From an uncultured Clostridia bacterium (GTDB lineage: Bacteria > Acidobacteriota > Aminicenantia > UBA2199): 64,000 nt of DNA. The notes below the pieces were generated by a model. The model did not search any database. It was not told the origin of the DNA and saw only the letters and a program-made list of their open reading frames with translations. Below are positions 47,859 to 55,420 of this stretch, in pieces. Position numbers and translations under genes: made by a program. The stretch lies in NCBI GenBank assembly GCA_964502145.1, contig CAZCVI010000010.1:44068-108067 (forward strand). Direction: 5' to 3'. Positions within the stretch are counted from its first letter, which is position 1, and every line of letters begins with the position of its first letter.

Positions 47859-47887
47859 TATCTTAAAATAATATTCCTTAATTGTCA
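47859..47887 (-). promoter_or_regulatory. sigma70-like promoter for pylT (-35 TTGACA, 17-bp spacer, -10 TAAGAT)
   Basis: Minus strand TTGACAattaaggaatattatttTAAGAT. The -10 ends 14 nt before tRNA position 1. Confidence 0.45.
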
Positions 47888-47916
47888 ATTGTTGGGTTCT
47901 TTTTTTTGCCACGGGT

Positions 47917-48618
47917 TTATCGGAGAATACGTTGGCGGCAATTAAATGTCTGGCATGTGTCGCAGAAAGAATAATCATTATCGAAATCATGAATACTGGC
48001 AGGCCCTGCGACCAATACACCGGAAATAGATTTTATAGGCACCATTAAAAAACTGGGATTGAGTTGGATACCAATCGCCTCGGGTTGGAGATACTGGAAT
48101 AATTTTCCCTGGCCACTGATGTGCCAACCGCAGTAACCAGGACTGTAAAGCAATACTTTTAGTCCTGCTCTGGGTTCAGGCAAGCGGTTTAAAAAGAGTG
48201 TCTCTGTACAAAGGGCTGCTTTATCGGCACCATAAGAGGCGATGGTGTCCAACATATACCCCAACGCAAATCCATTGGCCTGGGTTTTCATGAGTTGATC
48301 GATTTTGGCACTCACGGCGGGTCCGAGGGTGCAGGCAAACAAACCCAATTGATGGGCACGGGGGAAAATATGTTCCAACGGTGTATCCTTTTCATTCTGG
48401 CCGAGACCGGGATATATCAGGCTGAATTGGGTGCTGGAAAGATCAGCTATCAAACCGATGGGAGCAGCCAATTGCATAAACAACTCTGCTGCGGACCGAT
48501 AGAGAGCCTTGACCCGTTCTGGGGGTTGGGTGCCACGGGGTATCCCTTGCATGAAGAAAATTTCCTCTTCATCGGGGGCTATAACTTCAATAGATAGATT
48601 AAATGTTTCTTTATTCAT
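47917..48618 (-). CDS. MetH activation-domain-like protein (Met_synt_B12-like), tentative
   Basis: 'LLYSPGYCGWHISGQGKLFQYL...LNPSFLMVPIKSISGVLVAGP' resembles the SPGY...W...P.KS.SG core of the methionine-synthase reactivation domain. Start overlaps the stop of the MttB-like gene. Confidence 0.4.
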   Translation of the reverse strand: MNKETFNLSIEVIAPDEEEIFFMQGIPRGTQPPERVKALYRSAAELFMQLAAPIGLIADLSSTQFSLIYPGLGQNEKDTPLEHIFPRAHQLGLFACTLGPAVSAKIDQLMKTQANGFALGYMLDTIASYGADKAALCTETLFLNRLPEPRAGLKVLLYSPGYCGWHISGQGKLFQYLQPEAIGIQLNPSFLMVPIKSISGVLVAGPASIHDFDNDYSFCDTCQTFNCRQRILR

Positions 48619-50099
48619 TAGTATCCGGTGACATCAGGAAGTGTGCTGATACCGTGGCGGTGGGCTTCGGCTTTCATGATTTGGATTAATTGCTCTTTGA
48701 TAGCGGGATTGAGGGAAGATGGCTGATAGGATTCGAGCAGGTTTAACATCTCCTTGTGCGCCCGTTCGCCCAGGGTCAAACTGCCTTCTTCCTGCCAGCG
48801 GGACTGGTTGGTGCGATCAATGATGGGGCCGGGAAAATAATGTTCGGCTTTAAGAAAACGGCGGGTATGTTTGGATATCAACAGGTGCTGGTCTTTCAAT
48901 AATTCCTGGTACCTGGGCACAATGGGGAAATCCTCCTGGGGATCAATACCATTAAGCATACGAAACACCATGCCGCATATTTCATTGTCAACAATCAATT
49001 TTTCTATACTAAATGTATTGACAAAATCGAGCATCCCGGGGCCGGAAATACTATTGATCCCGGATAAGGCGGCCATAGTGGCACCCATGGCTGTTTCCAA
49101 ACCGGCCTGGGCGTCCAGAAGCTTGGCATCGCTCAACGCGATGTAAGCCTGGGTGGGAATACCGAGGTATTTCCCGATTTCATTGTAACCGCAATCCAGC
49201 ATCTGGGTTTCTATGGCGCCCAGCGGCGTGGTTTCGTAGCGGACATCAAAGGAAGCAGGGGCACCACCATATAATAATGGCGTGCCCGGGTTACTTAATT
49301 GACTGATTACAATACCGCTGAGTGTTTCGGCGGTGTGCCCCACCAATGAACCCACGAGGGTAACTGGAGCGGTGAAACCAGCCAGGGGCATGGAAATCAA
49401 TTCGATGGGAATACCACTTCTGCCGCAATCGACAATGTCCTGGCATATTCTGGCACTCCATTTTAACGGGGTGGTGGAACAGCAGGAAAAAATGGTCAGG
49501 GGTTTTGCTTTTAATGCAGTTTCATTGCCCCGGACAGCCACCTGCATCTCTTTCATTACTTTGAAGCCCTCGGCACTGAAGGTACCGGTAACCACGGGTT
49601 TTTCTCCGAAAAGAAGGTTCAGGTAGAGGCGGTAGCTGTCGGATATTTTTTCACTGACATCGGCGGGAACAAAGGCGGTACTCTGGGCGGCAATATGCTT
49701 TAACTGGGCGGTCACCTTGACAAAACGAATATAGTCGGCGGTATTGGGCTGGCGCGACTGTTGGGTAGTGGAATCCAAGATGTGCAAGGCGGAAGAAGCG
49801 GGGGTAAAATGAATGGTGTAACCGGAAAAATCATGGGTCTCATTGCCTTTGACATCATATAACTTGAAGGTAGGGGGCACACTGTCCAACGCGAGGTCGA
49901 TCATAGCGCCGGTGATAAACACATTGTGGGCATCGGAATGGGGCACGGGTTCGACGGTGGCACCAAAATCGGATAGCATAAGGACTGTCTTTTTATCGTA
50001 AATTTTTATACCGATAGTGCTTAGAATGTCGCGTGCTTCAGATATAATACGTTCGATCAACTCTTTGTTCAAAAATCTTAGATTGGGTCTGACTGCCAT
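48618..50099 (-). CDS. MttB-superfamily (trimethylamine / quaternary-amine : corrinoid) methyltransferase, no in-frame amber codon
   Basis: ~493 aa. N-terminal 'LRFLNKELIERIISEARDILSTIGIKIYDKKTVLMLSDFGATV' and overall length fit PF06253. Continuous ORF with no internal TAG. Start set at ATG 50099 (GGAGAA RBS). The track ORF starts at TTG 50141. Confidence 0.65.
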   Translation of the reverse strand: MAVRPNLRFLNKELIERIISEARDILSTIGIKIYDKKTVLMLSDFGATVEPVPHSDAHNVFITGAMIDLALDSVPPTFKLYDVKGNETHDFSGYTIHFTPASSALHILDSTTQQSRQPNTADYIRFVKVTAQLKHIAAQSTAFVPADVSEKISDSYRLYLNLLFGEKPVVTGTFSAEGFKVMKEMQVAVRGNETALKAKPLTIFSCCSTTPLKWSARICQDIVDCGRSGIPIELISMPLAGFTAPVTLVGSLVGHTAETLSGIVISQLSNPGTPLLYGGAPASFDVRYETTPLGAIETQMLDCGYNEIGKYLGIPTQAYIALSDAKLLDAQAGLETAMGATMAALSGINSISGPGMLDFVNTFSIEKLIVDNEICGMVFRMLNGIDPQEDFPIVPRYQELLKDQHLLISKHTRRFLKAEHYFPGPIIDRTNQSRWQEEGSLTLGERAHKEMLNLLESYQPSSLNPAIKEQLIQIMKAEAHRHGISTLPDVTGY

Positions 50100-50166
50100 A
50101 ACATTGTTCTCCATAGGGTGTGGCCGTTTAATCCGGGCCAATTACGGGGTTTTGGGGGTTGAGATT

Positions 50167-51243
50167 TTATTGTTGTACTTGTTGCCGTTTCCATTGACGA
50201 TAGCGTTTCATATATTCCTCGGCGATGGTGGGGGAGTCCATGCCGAGCTCTTTGGCATAGGTTGAAACACACCATCGCAGGTAGCCTGGTTCGGGTAGGT
50301 CTTCGAATCGTTCTAACTCGATATTGACTAAAATTTTATAGGAGATTTTTGATGTTCTTGCCAGATCATGGATGCCTAAGCCCATTCGTTCGCGATATTT
50401 TTTAAAGGTTCGGCCTTTAATAATAGCGGCTCCTCCTGTCTCATAATTTTCCATGTTCGGGTCTATCAGCGTGTCTTCCATGGGGTTGGTGGCGGAGGGA
50501 TCGATCACTCGTATCATGGTGGAATAGGGTGAGCGGCCATTTTCCAATTCCGGGGGGATATCTTCCGGTTGTGTGGGTTCAGGGAATATGTATTCGGGTA
50601 GTTCTAATGGGTCTTCTGCAATGAAGAGTTCCTGGGTATCTTGGAAATTATTTATTTTTAAGGGTTCCTGTGTGTTCAGCAGTTCCGGTGTTGGGAACGC
50701 CTCTAGTACTTCTTCTGGTTCTGGTTCTCCCAGATCAGGGATTTCTGGAAGTGCAATTTGTTCTGGTAACTCCAGATGCTCGGGGATAGTGGGGGGCATC
50801 CAGGTGTCACTACGTTCCACGATTGCAGAACTCTCAATTTTTTCTTCTATTTTTTCTCCTACTATTTCTTCTGATATTTCTTCTAATATTTCTTCTTCTT
50901 TAAAGAATAGGGGAGCATAGGGATCATTCAGCTCTTCTTCAATATCTTCAAAATCATCGACATCGAAAATTTCTTTGGCTGTTTTTTCTTTTTCGAACTT
51001 CTCTTTTTCAATGCGGTCTTTTTCAACGAGGTAATGAAAAAGTCCAGAATACGCCTCGTGGATGTCGGTCATGATTTTTTGTTTATCTTCTTCGGGGAAT
51101 TCGTCATCTATAGCTTCCATGACGATGGAATCAGTGGAAAAGACTTTTTTCAGGCGTTCATAGGCTGTTTTTATTTCAGCCATCGAGGGATTTTCTTCTA
51201 GCTCAAGGATATTCAAATATTGTTTGTATTTTTTTTCATCCAT
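50167..51243 (-). CDS. acidic (Glu/Asp/Pro-rich) protein with C-terminal RodZ-type helix-turn-helix (HTH_25/XRE-like)
   Basis: C-terminus 'GRTFKKYRERMGLGIHDLARTSKISYKILVNIELERFEDLPEPGYLRWCVSTYAKELGMD'. Start at internal ATG 51243, just after the parA-like stop. Confidence 0.4.
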   Translation of the reverse strand: MDEKKYKQYLNILELEENPSMAEIKTAYERLKKVFSTDSIVMEAIDDEFPEEDKQKIMTDIHEAYSGLFHYLVEKDRIEKEKFEKEKTAKEIFDVDDFEDIEEELNDPYAPLFFKEEEILEEISEEIVGEKIEEKIESSAIVERSDTWMPPTIPEHLELPEQIALPEIPDLGEPEPEEVLEAFPTPELLNTQEPLKINNFQDTQELFIAEDPLELPEYIFPEPTQPEDIPPELENGRSPYSTMIRVIDPSATNPMEDTLIDPNMENYETGGAAIIKGRTFKKYRERMGLGIHDLARTSKISYKILVNIELERFEDLPEPGYLRWCVSTYAKELGMDSPTIAEEYMKRYRQWKRQQVQQ

Positions 51244-52159
51244 TGTCGATATCCGGAATTTTAACCTGTTTGTCTTCGAGCAGATTAAGCACGATCTCAC
51301 GAAGTTCGTTGGAGGTGGAGGCGGGGGAAATGAATTGGGGAGTAGAGCTGGAGTGTTTAACAAACTTCCAGAAAAAATCGGTGTATTGAATGAAACCGCT
51401 CAATCTGGCATCGATTCCGAAATATTTTGTCAGTACACTTTTCACGGCGCTACCTGTTTCCAGGTGCTCGCTGTTTTTGATCTGGTTGACAATAATATAA
51501 ATCTTAAACTCGGCCAATGCTTTTTCAACCAGGGTGCGAATTTCCGGTGAAATTTCCATGATATGCTGGATCAACTCTTTAATGCTGGAGATTTTATTGG
51601 GGAGGCGGTTGTCCCATGCTTTTTTGGCAACATCCTTAAGTCCATGATCGCCCAGCAAGATGTTTAATTTGCGGAACAGCACCTTTTTGATAAAATGATA
51701 GAGATTTTCAATAGAGGTGATTTCTGGCAGGATGACGACGATCATTTTATCGGCCATCAAGAAGGTATCAATCGTATTGTGGCCTGAACCGGCACCGAGA
51801 TCAATGAGCACATAATCGGCGCTGATATTCTTGATATGCCGGTACAACTTTAATTTTTGAGTTTGTTTGAGGCCGATAGTATTGAGGGAACGGACATCGC
51901 CAGTCACAAAGCGCAGGTTGGGAATGGCGGTATCCACGATGATTTCGCTTAAGGGAACTTTTTTTTCAAAGAAGTCGGTCAATGAATATTTGGGTTTTGG
52001 AACCTTGAGAAAGGAGTGCAGGTTGGCACCGCCTAAATCGCCATCAATCAGGGTAACCCGTTTGCCCAGATGGGCCAGATTCAATCCCAGGGAGCTGGTG
52101 ACGAAGCTTTTTCCAGTACCGCCTTTACCGCCGCCAATAGCCCATATTTCGGAATTCAT
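51236..52159 (-). CDS. ParA/MinD-family P-loop ATPase
   Basis: Deviant Walker A 'IGGGKGGTGKSFVTSSLG'. 'LIDGDLGGANL'. AAGAGG RBS. Confidence 0.75.
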   Translation of the reverse strand: MNSEIWAIGGGKGGTGKSFVTSSLGLNLAHLGKRVTLIDGDLGGANLHSFLKVPKPKYSLTDFFEKKVPLSEIIVDTAIPNLRFVTGDVRSLNTIGLKQTQKLKLYRHIKNISADYVLIDLGAGSGHNTIDTFLMADKMIVVILPEITSIENLYHFIKKVLFRKLNILLGDHGLKDVAKKAWDNRLPNKISSIKELIQHIMEISPEIRTLVEKALAEFKIYIIVNQIKNSEHLETGSAVKSVLTKYFGIDARLSGFIQYTDFFWKFVKHSSSTPQFISPASTSNELREIVLNLLEDKQVKIPDIDNG

Positions 52160-52331
52160 TGTTTTCTAACCTCTTTTTAAATCACGCTATGTTGTGTTTT
52201 GTTTGTTTCGTCTGTTTCGTTCGTTTCTTTTTCAAAAAAGTTGTATCTATTTATTTTGACAAAAAACATACAGGATGTCAACCCCTAATGAGATGGATGA
52301 TTGTTATTGTTGGGCAAGGGTGCGCCAGTAT

Positions 52332-53408
52332 TTACTCTGCGGCCAATCTCAAAATTTCAATGATCATAGTAAGGGCTTTTTCCATGTCTGCTACCAGGAT
52401 ATGTTCCTCGCAGGAGTGTTCCAACTGGGCGCCGATGCCGACGACGGCCATTTCAATGCCTTTGTTGTTATAGATAGAGGCATCGGTAAAGCCGGTGATA
52501 AATGTCGTGCGTGCCTCAATACCGATGGTTTTGAGGGCTTTTTTGGATATTTCCACGGTCCAGGAATTCTCTGGAATATCAACGGCACGGCAAAGGTTAT
52601 CAATCTTAATGGTAAGAGTTGCGCCGCAGGCTTCGACCTGTTGACGAATGATATTTTCCATTTCTTGGGCCAGTGCAGCACCTTTTTCATGGACTAAACT
52701 GCGACATTCAGCGAGGAACATGACGTGATCGGGTACACCATTACGGATCATACCACCATTGATGACACCTACATTGGCGGTGGTGTTAAAATCAATGCGA
52801 CCGAGCTTTAACGCGGCAATAGCTTTGGCAGCGGCTTGAATGGCGTTGATTCCTTTTTCGGGTTCCATACCAGCATGGGCGGCCTTACCTTTGATCTCTA
52901 CATCAATGGCAAAATAGGAAGGACCACCAATGACAATGGTATCCAATGTATCGTTATCGAGTAGGAATCCTTTCTTGGCACTGAGCAGGCTGTAATCGAG
53001 ATTTTTTACGCCCAGTATACCGACTTCTTCTTGTCTGCTGATGGCAATTTCGACGGGGGGACGGATAGGGGCAATACGCAGGGCTTCGAGCATCTCAGCA
53101 ATACCGGCTTTATCGTCGGCACCTAGAATGGTCTGACCCTGGGAACGGATAACACCATCTTTAAGCACGGGTTGGATGTTTTTGCCGGGTTTGACGGTGT
53201 CGGCATGGCAGGAGAGCAGGATGGGGTCTTTGCCAGTGCAGCCTTTGGCGGGAAGTTTGGCAATCAGATTCCCATAACTGTCTTTGGTGGCTTCAGCACC
53301 GAGGGTTTGGAACTCTTTTAAAAGATAATTGATGAATTCGGCTTCCTCGCCGGACTCACTGTTGATTTGTACCATTTCCATGAATTGCTTGATCATTCGC
53401 TCTGACAT
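52332..53408 (-). CDS. M20/M42-family metallopeptidase (PepT-like tripeptidase)
   Basis: 'LLSCHADTV', 'GADDKAG'. 358 aa. AAGGAG RBS. Confidence 0.6.
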   Translation of the reverse strand: MSERMIKQFMEMVQINSESGEEAEFINYLLKEFQTLGAEATKDSYGNLIAKLPAKGCTGKDPILLSCHADTVKPGKNIQPVLKDGVIRSQGQTILGADDKAGIAEMLEALRIAPIRPPVEIAISRQEEVGILGVKNLDYSLLSAKKGFLLDNDTLDTIVIGGPSYFAIDVEIKGKAAHAGMEPEKGINAIQAAAKAIAALKLGRIDFNTTANVGVINGGMIRNGVPDHVMFLAECRSLVHEKGAALAQEMENIIRQQVEACGATLTIKIDNLCRAVDIPENSWTVEISKKALKTIGIEARTTFITGFTDASIYNNKGIEMAVVGIGAQLEHSCEEHILVADMEKALTMIIEILRLAAE

Positions 53409-53903
53409 ATTGGGTTCTCCTTTTTTTAAGTTAATTTAAAAAAAAATTATTTTCATTAAAATTAGATTATATATAATCCTTGTCTTTTTAGCAAATGGTA
53501 TTTTTGAATTGATGTTATTTTTTCAGAGGAAATCTTCTACGGGATATTCCATGGTAGGGGAGGTCTTTTTTATTGAATTTGCACAATTTTTAGGATTGAC
53601 ATTATATATTCAGTTTTTGTCGCATTTGAAAGAAATTGCTGCTGGTAAGAAGAGAGAATTTTTAATTCTACTTGCAATAGGCTGAAAAATTGATTGATAT
53701 TGGAAGAGAAGATGTAGATGATCAAGAACCAAAAACATCAAGACTGGACCGCTCCTGGACGGATTGTGCATTTAAATCGGAGGAGGAATTCGTTGATTCT
53801 GTCCCGGCTCAGTAGACCTCCCGAAAGTGAGAGGATTACGTGCCATGCAAGAAACCCATCTGAGAAATAGTTATAACTCTGTCGATTTGCACAATATTTA
53901 GGA

Positions 53904-53932
53904 TTGACGATTCGTTTTTACCGTCGTATGAT
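53904..53932 (+). promoter_or_regulatory. sigma70-like promoter (-35 TTGACG, 17-bp spacer, -10 TATGAT) preceded by a duplicated 26-bp motif
   Basis: ttgacgattcgtttttaccgtcgtatgat, ~75 nt upstream of ATG 54010. The motif ATTTGCACAAT(A/T)TTTAGGATTGAC occurs at 53575..53600 and 53883..53908. Confidence 0.4.
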
Positions 53933-54009
53933 AGATGATAGTATTAAGAAGAATAGGTAAGTTAAATAATGGTTATTGAAAGCAACTCAGTGAGAGCAGG
54001 AGAAAAGAA

Positions 54010-54600
54010 ATGAAAACAACAGATAAAATTGGTTTTATAACAGTTATAATTGTTTTTATAACAGCTATAATTGGCTTGCTGAAAGAATATCCAGAATTTT
54101 TTCGAAGTTCTAAGCCAGCGATATCAATACCATCCAATCCACCCATAGTAACCCCAAAAACCGGAAAAACCCCAAGAACAAGAAAAACTCAAAACACAAG
54201 AATAACCCCAAACACAAGAATAACCGAAAACATAAAAACAACTGAAAACATAAAAGCAATAGAGCCTTCCGAGGCCACGCCACCATTACCCGTAATACAA
54301 GAACCGGTAGAAAAAGCAATACCTGAGTTTACCCTCACAGTGTCAAATATCATCGGATTCCCCAAAAACACCTATACACTGGAAGAGAGACTATCTGGAT
54401 TACCCGGGGTTCAAAGTGTGCGAGTCTCCGAGTCGTCATTTCAATCGGAAACAAAATCAGCTAAATATTATATAAAATTCGAGGGAGGTGATAATAAAGA
54501 GCTAATAAGACTTATTCGTAGCAAGATTGTACTTTTTACGTTTGACAGACAAGTCAAATGTCAGGGTGAATGGGATATCAGGATGTGGGTCGTCTATTGA
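54010..54600 (+). CDS. hypothetical membrane-anchored protein with a short Thr/Lys/Asn-rich repeat segment
   Basis: N-terminal TM 'IGFITVIIVFITAIIGLL'. 'TPRTRKTQNTRITPNTRITENIKTTENIKAIE'. GGAGAA RBS. Confidence 0.4.
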   Translation: MKTTDKIGFITVIIVFITAIIGLLKEYPEFFRSSKPAISIPSNPPIVTPKTGKTPRTRKTQNTRITPNTRITENIKTTENIKAIEPSEATPPLPVIQEPVEKAIPEFTLTVSNIIGFPKNTYTLEERLSGLPGVQSVRVSESSFQSETKSAKYYIKFEGGDNKELIRLIRSKIVLFTFDRQVKCQGEWDIRMWVVY

Positions 54601-54655
54601 CCCACCAGTGCAATCAATAAGAAAACTTAAAAATAGTATTCTCTAGGAGGAGAAA

Positions 54656-55255
54656 ATGGAAATTTGGAAAAATGTAACAGGTTTCGTTGCTTTGATTTTA
54701 GTCATCGGTTTTTTTACATCTTGCGCTTCAACCCAGAGTATGTATGTGGTTGAAGATATTCCATTAGAAGGTGTAGGAGGGATAGTAATCAAAGAATTTA
54801 AAGGAGAAGGCGGACGTCTACTTACCAATGCATTGCTCTCGAAATTTCGTATGAGAGCCAATAAAAACGACTTCATCATCTGGGATGAACGCCAATATGA
54901 TGAAGTGATTCGAAAAGGGGGGGATCCGACACTGATCAAGCCCACCGCTTATTTGAGTGGTGAGGTTCTGGTTTGCAACTTTTCCAACTCAGAAAAACAA
55001 TATAAAGAACTTACTGATAAAATTTCTACGAAATATGAAGTCCAGAGTTTACAGCGTATATTCGAACCAAAAGGCGTGGCAACGGTAGTGGTAAATTTTG
55101 AGATCACAGATATTCAAACTGGGAAAAATATTACTGCAAAAACAATCGATGCCCGGAAAGCCAATTCGCTTCTGGCTCCCAAATCTCCGGATCAATTACT
55201 CTTGTTGACAATAAATAAGGTTGCTGGTAATTTTGTAAATAGTATTAAGCAGTAA
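54656..55255 (+). CDS. hypothetical lipoprotein
   Basis: Signal peptide with lipobox-like 'GFFTSCAS'. GGAGGAG RBS. Confidence 0.45.
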   Translation: MEIWKNVTGFVALILVIGFFTSCASTQSMYVVEDIPLEGVGGIVIKEFKGEGGRLLTNALLSKFRMRANKNDFIIWDERQYDEVIRKGGDPTLIKPTAYLSGEVLVCNFSNSEKQYKELTDKISTKYEVQSLQRIFEPKGVATVVVNFEITDIQTGKNITAKTIDARKANSLLAPKSPDQLLLLTINKVAGNFVNSIKQ

Positions 55256-55361
55256 TCCCGAAATTTATATTGGCGGAGAAAATATTAGATAATCAAGAAA
55301 CAATAATAGTAAGACTGGACTGTTCCCGCGTGGTGGAATTAACAGTGTTCTACCTCCGGTG

Positions 55362-55400
55362 GGTCAGAATCCTTTCAGAAAAGGGTTCTGGCCGCTGGAG
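55362..55400. repeat. ~40-bp palindromic element, copy B (GGTCAGAATCCTTTCAGAAAAGGGTTCTGGCCGCTGGAG)
   Basis: Near-identical to 15617..15657. Sits between two convergent genes. Confidence 0.6.
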
Positions 55401-55420
55401 ACAAAAGAAGCGGTCATGCA

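Noticed and set aside
47619-48020. 133-aa minus-strand ORF spanning the pylT region.
   Set aside because: It overlaps the tRNA-Pyl gene and its promoter and has no RBS. It is an ORF-finder artefact.
48618-50141. An in-frame amber (Pyl) codon in the MttB-family gene next to the pyl cassette.
   Set aside because: The reading frame is continuous for ~500 codons. No same-frame ORF pair separated by a lone TAG exists here or elsewhere in the window.
52159-52473. 104-aa plus-strand ORF (Cys/Phe-rich) between the parA-like and M20 genes.
   Set aside because: It starts inside the 9-bp TGTTTCGTT repeat tract and runs antisense into the M20 peptidase gene. It is very likely non-coding.
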